Shown one piece after another: positions 6,499-12,183 of a DNA stretch of 12,183 nt; the first letter of the stretch is position 1; each line of letters starts with the position of its first letter. The notes beneath the pieces are model-generated. The model was not told where the DNA came from. It was given only the letters and a program-made list of their open reading frames with translations, and did no database searches. Both the position numbers and the translations under genes were made by a program. The stretch lies in the IMG/VR virus record IMGVR_UViG_2651869691_000007, positions 1 to 12,183 of that record, one strand, 5' to 3'. This stretch comes from a virus. Taxonomy: Duplodnaviria > Heunggongvirae > Uroviricota > Caudoviricetes.

Positions 6499-7071
6499 AT
6501 GGAAAGCACAGCCTTACAGCAGGCCTTTGACACGTGTCAGAATAACAAAGCAGCATGGCTGCAACGCAAAAATGAGCTGGCTGCGGCCGAACAGGAATAT
6601 CTGCGGCTTCTGTCAGGAGAAGGCAGAAACGTCAGTCGCCTTGACGAATTACGCAATATTATCGAAGTCAGAAAATGGCAGGTGAATCAGGCCGCCGGTC
6701 GTTATATTCGTTCGCATGAAGCCGTTCAGCACATCAGCATCCGCGACCGGCTGAATGATTTTATGCAGCAGCACGGCACAGCACTGGCGGCGGCACTGGC
6801 ACCGGAGCTGATGGGCTACAGTGAGCTGACGGCCATTGCCCGAAACTGTGCCATACAGCGTGCCACAGATGCCCTGCGTGAAGCCCTCCTGTCCTGGCTT
6901 GCGAAGGGTGAAAAAATTAATTATTCCGCACAGGATAGCGACATTTTAACGACCATCGGATTCAGGCCTGACGCGGCTTCGGTGGATGACAGCCGTGAAA
7001 AATTCACCCCTGCGCAGAACATGATTTTTTCGCGTAAAAGTGCGCAACTGGCATCACGTCAGTCTGTGTAA
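6499..7071 (+). CDS. psu: Psu polarity-suppression / capsid decoration protein (190 aa)
   Basis: 190-aa ORF following delta; N-terminus MESTALQQAFDTCQNNKAAW and length match recalled P4 Psu. Confidence 0.85.
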   Translation: MESTALQQAFDTCQNNKAAWLQRKNELAAAEQEYLRLLSGEGRNVSRLDELRNIIEVRKWQVNQAAGRYIRSHEAVQHISIRDRLNDFMQQHGTALAAALAPELMGYSELTAIARNCAIQRATDALREALLSWLAKGEKINYSAQDSDILTTIGFRPDAASVDDSREKFTPAQNMIFSRKSAQLASRQSV

Positions 7072-7235
7072 AATTCCCCGAAAATCCGCCTGTTTTTACT
7101 GAAAAAAGCCATGTATCGATAAGGTGCATGGCTTTGCATGCGTTTCCCTGCCTCATTTTCTGCAGACCGCGCCATTCCCGGCGCGGTCTGAGCGTGTCAG
7201 TGCAACTGCATTAAAACCGCCCCGCAAAGCGGGCG

Positions 7236-7254
7236 GGCGAGGCGGGGAGAGCAT
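7236..7254. other. cos: cos-like site (GGCGAGGCGGGGAGAGCAT)
   Basis: Differs at 2 of 19 positions from the P2/P4 19-nt cohesive end as recalled (GGCGAGGCGGGGAAAGCAC); preceded by GC-rich hairpin CCGCCCCGC-AAA-GCGGGCGG (7217-7236); lies right after psu, where P4 cos is expected. Confidence 0.55.
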
Positions 7255-7272
7255 TGCGCGCAGGTAAAAAAA

Positions 7273-7962
7273 TCATTTATTTTGTAATGCCGCATCAAAT
7301 CTGGTCTTGAGATCTTGGAATGGGATAACGAGTTTATCGATATAATCTTTATTATTATTTTGTAGAATTGCTTCAACAAAATCATTTAGAGGTGCATAGT
7401 TTTCTAATACTTTAGAATCGATAAAATCTTTATAGGACATACATTCAGCACCAATGCTAAGGCTTTCACCTATATACTTTTGTTCAAGAGATCTAATACA
7501 AGGAAAACCAATATCGTTCTCTCGTAGGGCTATAGAAATATTTTTGATTAATTCAGTTATTAACATTTCATCATTAGTTGGTGAAAATACAGATGAATCT
7601 CTATTTTTCCTGAATTGATGTACCCAGCAAAAATATTGGCATAGATAGAATCTTGTACTATCAATATAATATTGATCCGACGATAGGTCATTGTGATCTT
7701 TAATATAACATAGCCTTCCTAAAAAACCATTTGCAGCACTAAGTAATGTTAACCCCCAACGTCCGATTTCAAGATCTCTTGCTTTTTTAAAATTATAAGC
7801 ACGTTCATCCTCTTTAATTCTCTGTTCACTTTCATATTTCAACTTATTTTTAAATGATTCTAACTCTCTTTTATCAATATGTTGTAAAAAAGCCTTACAA
7901 ACAAATCCAATAATTGCAAATGAAATGCTTGATGACAAAATACCTTCCCAAAAGCTACTCAT
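7273..7962 (-). CDS. Small membrane-anchored partner protein (229 aa) of the RT-nitrilase gene
   Basis: N-terminal hydrophobic helix (ILSSSISFAIIGFVCKAFL); ATG overlaps the upstream gene stop as ATGA (7959-7962) with GAGG SD; ~30% GC; no motif I can recognise in the soluble part. Confidence 0.75.
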   Translation of the reverse strand: MSSFWEGILSSSISFAIIGFVCKAFLQHIDKRELESFKNKLKYESEQRIKEDERAYNFKKARDLEIGRWGLTLLSAANGFLGRLCYIKDHNDLSSDQYYIDSTRFYLCQYFCWVHQFRKNRDSSVFSPTNDEMLITELIKNISIALRENDIGFPCIRSLEQKYIGESLSIGAECMSYKDFIDSKVLENYAPLNDFVEAILQNNNKDYIDKLVIPFQDLKTRFDAALQNK

Positions 7963-10835
7963 TTCTCACCTCGCTCTAATAGAGCATTATAGTCAAACCC
8001 TGGAGGATTGTGTTTAATAGTATCGGAGTTAATTCTGAATGAACGATATTGAGCCTCTCTCAATGCATATATATTTAAAGTAGTAGTTAGGATGCAATGG
8101 TTTTCCCCACCTTTTACATATATCTTATTTGAAATAGTGCTACTGGTCGGTTGTAGAACACAAGAACCGCCATAATGCGAAGTATTTGATTGAGCCACAT
8201 AACAATGTAAATCCCGTGTCGCTGACTCAGTGATATGTTGATAATAATTTATATCTTGATTCCATACGCAAGCAAATAAAATATCCAACTGCGAACGAAA
8301 TAATGCTCTATGCTCGATATTAGCCAGTTCAAAACAGTTGTATGTAGAAAATGATACGTTTTTCCACTTAATCAAATGATACCGTTGTTTACTAGGTTTA
8401 GGAGAGGATATTTTTAACCTTAAAGAATTCAGCATCGTAATCTCACTAGGTGCGTAATGATTTTTCACTCGAAAAACTAACATACTGGATTTGTGTTTAA
8501 AGTTTGAAGTATAAGGCAGCATTTCAACCAAAATATTATATGCGCGTTCGTTAATAACCCAATGCTCTAATCCGAAAATCAAAGATATTTGTTTTCTCCT
8601 TGAATGTGCTGCCATAAAAGGTAACCACGACACAGGAATTGATAACTCAGGGAGTAGTAATATCTGCACATTTTCTTCAGTTGCCGAGTTGAGAATACGA
8701 TAAAGGTTTCTTTGTCGTTCATAACTTAAATTTGGAGACTGATCTTTTCTGCAAGCACTTTCAATATTACGACGTTCAACTCTCATATTTGCCAACGCAA
8801 CTTTTATTGTGTCATTACCACTTCTATCATCAATTCCTACCTTTATTTCAAGAGCTTTATTATCTTTTATCTTAGTAACAGAGCAATTTTTTAAGTGATG
8901 CTTATTTTCATGCGTAAACTTATGTAGTTTTCTTGTATGAAGAGCATCAATCAAATCGAAAAGCTGCTTTTCATCAGCATGAATATATCTAGGGGTTTTA
9001 TTTAATTTATCATTATCAAGTGGAATACCATGCATCTTACTGTATAAATTCTCCTCAGTAAGATCTCCTTTATATTTAGTATAGTTAGCTAAAGGCCAAG
9101 ACACTAGATTATGACGAATCAAATTACTGCTTCTAAATCTTTCAATTAGAACAGACATTCCATCGGACTGTTTAATTAAAGATTTCAAACCTTCCAAAGC
9201 TCTATTTTGTGGCTCTTTATCACCTAAAATGACATTTAAATCTAACAAAGCCAAATTCAAACAAAGAGAAATATCAATGTATTTCTGCATTCCATTTTTA
9301 AGTTTTGGAGATATAACACTATCACCTTCCTTCCACTTCATTTTATTAATTGATTCTTTAATTTGTTTGTAAAAGGCGATTGAAAATCCATATTTTCTTG
9401 TAATTAATGTATACGATAGAACTTTCTCCCATAACCGACTGAACCTTAGAGAATTTTCACCTTTAAAAAACAGCGTTATTTGCTTTAAGGTATTCTCATT
9501 CGATGGAAGATTGCAAAGCCTATGAGCTAAGATATGTGATGATATATATTTTGATAATTCAGTTTCATTCTCTGCCAAACCTACAATACTTCTAAATTTA
9601 TTTGCCGAACCATCAAGTAATATATCATAAGCAAATTTATCGAGATCGCTAGATATATGTTCTTCCGGTAAAAAACGAAATGCACTGCTTCTGTTCTCAA
9701 TTTCTTGTTTGAAGACTTGTAAACCAGCCAAACTATGATCTTTATTGAAATAATGAAAAATCAATTTATCCTTTTGAATTGGTAATTCATGATAACTCTC
9801 GGTCAACGTAAAGCCTTTCTCATCATTCGCTGCCTGTTTGATGAATCCATTAAGGGTTCGCTCTATGAATTTTATTACTTCTTCACCTTTATCTTCTTTT
9901 TTAATGTCCGGAGATGAAAAAACTAAAAGAATATCATCCACATAGCGACCGTAGTACGATGGATTAATTTTTGATTTAATATCTTTATCAAAACCCATTA
10001 AATACCAATTAGATAATATGGCAGAAGAAGTAAATCCAATTGGAATGCCTTTTGATGAAGGAGTTGAATGTGTCACACCAATATATGGAGATATTTTCTC
10101 TCTGTATTTTTGATGCATCAACCTCAATTTACTATTCAACAACATAGAAAGAGCTTTAATTTCTTCTAATTGTTCTTCGTCAATAATTCTATCAATGGCA
10201 TCAAAATCTATATCTATATTATAATAAAAACCCTTAAGATCCAGAGAAAGAATTGCAACATCATTTCGCTCTTTTTCTATAACTTCTATCGCTTTATCGA
10301 TACCACCATCTCGCCATTTATTATAATTATCAATGTATCTTTCAAAGATATTTTTTGAGGAGTTTTTTGGCGCATCGAAACTATTCTTAGAATATTTTTT
10401 TATTACTTTTGATATTCTATTTCCATAAACCGAATCAGAAAACTTGTCATCTAGCATTGAACCAACAAAGATAGACCAGAGTGTTTCTATTAAATATATT
10501 TCAATAGGAGCAACGATCAAATAATTTACAGCACCTACTTTGTATTCATCTGATGTCTTATTATTACTTAAAAAAAGAGCTCCGCTCGTTTGCTCAATAT
10601 CCAAATGGCTATCAATTTTTTTTGGTAATAATTCAACATCAATTTTATTTAGCCACTCATTAAAGTTAATGTCATTATTATTTTCAAAAAAATCAACCAC
10701 TTTTTCTATTTTTTCGTCATAGAGAGAATCTTCAAATTGAGCGATTTCTTCCTTTAGGAAAAAATTTAAGTTTTCGTAGTAAGCATATGACTTAAGACAA
10801 TTATATGCACTAACAACTATATCTTTTGTAATCAT
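7959..10835 (-). CDS. Reverse transcriptase fused to C-terminal nitrilase (carbon-nitrogen hydrolase) domain, 958 aa; candidate defence-associated RT
   Basis: RT motifs: LSLDLKGFYYNIDIDF (aa 196-211), PIGFTSSAILSNWYL (aa 265-279), YGRYVDDILLVF with YVDD encoded at 9933-9944. CN-hydrolase signature: IKVALANMRV, LLLPE (Glu730, 8646-8648), FRVKNHY (Lys), YNCFE (Cys834 at 8334-8336, Glu836). N-terminal ~185 aa and the aa 310-670 region are unassigned. Confidence 0.85.
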   Translation of the reverse strand: MITKDIVVSAYNCLKSYAYYENLNFFLKEEIAQFEDSLYDEKIEKVVDFFENNNDINFNEWLNKIDVELLPKKIDSHLDIEQTSGALFLSNNKTSDEYKVGAVNYLIVAPIEIYLIETLWSIFVGSMLDDKFSDSVYGNRISKVIKKYSKNSFDAPKNSSKNIFERYIDNYNKWRDGGIDKAIEVIEKERNDVAILSLDLKGFYYNIDIDFDAIDRIIDEEQLEEIKALSMLLNSKLRLMHQKYREKISPYIGVTHSTPSSKGIPIGFTSSAILSNWYLMGFDKDIKSKINPSYYGRYVDDILLVFSSPDIKKEDKGEEVIKFIERTLNGFIKQAANDEKGFTLTESYHELPIQKDKLIFHYFNKDHSLAGLQVFKQEIENRSSAFRFLPEEHISSDLDKFAYDILLDGSANKFRSIVGLAENETELSKYISSHILAHRLCNLPSNENTLKQITLFFKGENSLRFSRLWEKVLSYTLITRKYGFSIAFYKQIKESINKMKWKEGDSVISPKLKNGMQKYIDISLCLNLALLDLNVILGDKEPQNRALEGLKSLIKQSDGMSVLIERFRSSNLIRHNLVSWPLANYTKYKGDLTEENLYSKMHGIPLDNDKLNKTPRYIHADEKQLFDLIDALHTRKLHKFTHENKHHLKNCSVTKIKDNKALEIKVGIDDRSGNDTIKVALANMRVERRNIESACRKDQSPNLSYERQRNLYRILNSATEENVQILLLPELSIPVSWLPFMAAHSRRKQISLIFGLEHWVINERAYNILVEMLPYTSNFKHKSSMLVFRVKNHYAPSEITMLNSLRLKISSPKPSKQRYHLIKWKNVSFSTYNCFELANIEHRALFRSQLDILFACVWNQDINYYQHITESATRDLHCYVAQSNTSHYGGSCVLQPTSSTISNKIYVKGGENHCILTTTLNIYALREAQYRSFRINSDTIKHNPPGFDYNALLERGEK

Positions 10836-10926
10836 AACGCATCATTCCGTGTATAAGTCTGTTATAGATGAAAGTAAAACTGAAATTGATTAATACCTAA
10901 CAAAAACATACAGAAAAAATCAATTA

Positions 10927-12183
10927 TTAATATTTTTTTGCAAAATCAAATGGTGTTACGAAAGTCTCACGATTTGCTGATAGGAAATCCGCCCACCATT
11001 GCATCATCAATCGACGTTCGTCCAAATGCTCTGAAGTATGGATATAAGCTGCACGAACATTATTGCGCTCCGAGTGGCTTAACTGACGTTCTATCGCATC
11101 ATCACTCCAAAGCCCCGACTCCCCCAAAGCACCACGCGCCATTGTTCTAAAACCATGCCCACATACTTCCGTTTGTGTGTCGTAGCCCATAGTCCTGAGC
11201 GCATTATTAACTGTGTTTTCGCTCATAACTTTATTGGGATCATGATCACCGGGAAACAGTCTAGGATTATCTCCACTAAGCTTCTTCAACTCATCCAGCA
11301 AAGCTAGAGCCTGAGTGCTCAATGGAACAATATGTTCCTCTTTCATCTTCATCCCACGATAGGAGTAACGCACACCTTCGATTTCTTCACGCCGCGCCGG
11401 TATCCGCCAGCAGGCGTTATCAAAATCAAACTCATCCCATCGGGCAAATCGCATCTCACTAGAGCGAACGAAGGTAAGTAGAGATAACTCGACTGCAATA
11501 CGCGTCATTTTGCGGCCACGATATGCCGCAAGGCGTGCCAGAAACTCAGGGAAACGGCTGGAAGGTAGAGCTGGATAGTGTCGTGCTTTAGTTGTCGATA
11601 ACGCACCAGCCATATCGCTAGCCGGGTTCGAGTCGATATAATCGTTCTGTACGGCATACCGCATAATGGCCGTGACGCGCTGTTGCAGGCGCTGAGCGAC
11701 GTCGTGTTTACCACTGACATCAACTTTTTTAATCGGGGCTAATAGGTGGCTAGTTTTGAGCTGGCGAATGTCGGACGAACCGATATGAGGGAAGATATAA
11801 AGCTCAAGATAGCGAAGAACACGCGATCGATGGTCTTCACTCCAGCGCTTGTTACTGGCATGCCATTCGCGAGCAATGGTTTCGAAGGTATATGCCCCCG
11901 AATTCTCGGCCTGAGCTTCTTTCTGTTCGGCTTTTGGGTCAATGCCCTGCACTAACAGCTTTTTAGCTTCGTCGCGCTTTGCTCTTGCCTGAGCAAGCGT
12001 CACTGTAGGCCAAACACCAAAAGCGAGGCGATCCTCTTTTTTGTCAGAGGGGCGTCGGTATTTCATGCGCCAGTATTTAGAACCCTTGGCCGAAACCTCG
12101 AGATACAAACCGCCGCCATCGGCCATTTTGTATGTTTTGTCTTTTGGCTTTGCGGTCTCGACCTGTCTGGCGTTGAGCTTCAT
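10927..12183 (-). CDS. int: P4-family tyrosine integrase (418 aa), start codon at window edge
   Basis: N-terminus MKLNARQVETAKPKDKTYKMADGGGLYLEVSAKGSKYWRMKYR typical of P4/CP4-57-type integrases; catalytic-domain boxes TFVRSSEMR, HGFRTMARG, VRAAYIHTSE. ATG occupies 12181-12183, so upstream extension cannot be excluded. Confidence 0.9.
   Translation of the reverse strand: MKLNARQVETAKPKDKTYKMADGGGLYLEVSAKGSKYWRMKYRRPSDKKEDRLAFGVWPTVTLAQARAKRDEAKKLLVQGIDPKAEQKEAQAENSGAYTFETIAREWHASNKRWSEDHRSRVLRYLELYIFPHIGSSDIRQLKTSHLLAPIKKVDVSGKHDVAQRLQQRVTAIMRYAVQNDYIDSNPASDMAGALSTTKARHYPALPSSRFPEFLARLAAYRGRKMTRIAVELSLLTFVRSSEMRFARWDEFDFDNACWRIPARREEIEGVRYSYRGMKMKEEHIVPLSTQALALLDELKKLSGDNPRLFPGDHDPNKVMSENTVNNALRTMGYDTQTEVCGHGFRTMARGALGESGLWSDDAIERQLSHSERNNVRAAYIHTSEHLDERRLMMQWWADFLSANRETFVTPFDFAKKY

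Larger units (their letters stand above)
1..12183. mobile_element. Integrated P4-like phage satellite (partial; extends beyond both window edges)
   Basis: Collinear P4-type gene set (alpha, orf106, orf151, epsilon, kil/eta, cI region, vis, sid, delta, psu, int), cos-like site internal at 7236-7254, integrase at one end and crr at the other. Assignment is from recall of P4 gene order and protein N-termini; not database-verified. Confidence 0.85.

Noticed and set aside
7163-7190. Perfect 11-bp-stem inverted repeat (CAGACCGCGCC...GGCGCGGTCTG) as the psu terminator
   Set aside because: No U-run follows on either strand, so it is not a canonical intrinsic terminator; it may be a protein-binding or packaging-region element, but I cannot assign it.
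10170-10722. Two short plus-strand ORFs (62 and 60 aa) inside the RT gene
   Set aside because: Antisense to the RT coding sequence; Ile/Phe/Lys-rich as expected from AT-rich random frames.
10938-11955. Short ORFs on both strands inside the integrase gene (10938-11150, 11505-11723, 11739-11942, 11746-11955)
   Set aside because: Nested within or antisense to the integrase coding sequence, which has clear catalytic motifs; no independent support.

Overview
This window reads as an integrated P4-like phage satellite carrying an AT-rich cargo operon that encodes a reverse transcriptase-nitrilase fusion and a small membrane-anchored partner. All calls rest on reading the sequence and on recall of phage P4 biology; no database search was run. 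The backbone, from low to high coordinates, is: crr-like direct repeats (1-261), alpha primase-helicase, orf106, orf151, epsilon, kil nested in eta, the cI immunity RNA region with seqA/seqB/seqC complementarity, a sigma70-like PLE, vis, divergent late promoters PLL and Psid with TGT-N12-ACA dyads flanking an iteron-rich ori, sid (frameshifted here), delta, psu, a cos-like site, and a P4-family tyrosine integrase starting at the window edge. Between cos and int, where P4 itself carries gop-beta-cII, sits a ~3.7 kb low-GC insert with two overlapping minus-strand genes. The large protein has clear RT motifs (YVDD) and a C-terminal carbon-nitrogen hydrolase signature; it resembles the DRT type 1 / UG1 architecture, but family membership and novelty cannot be settled from sequence alone. 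Secondary observations: a possible 21-codon coupled ORF before orf106, a hairpin-U7 element in the PLE leader, and a 3x 10-bp tandem repeat beside PLL.
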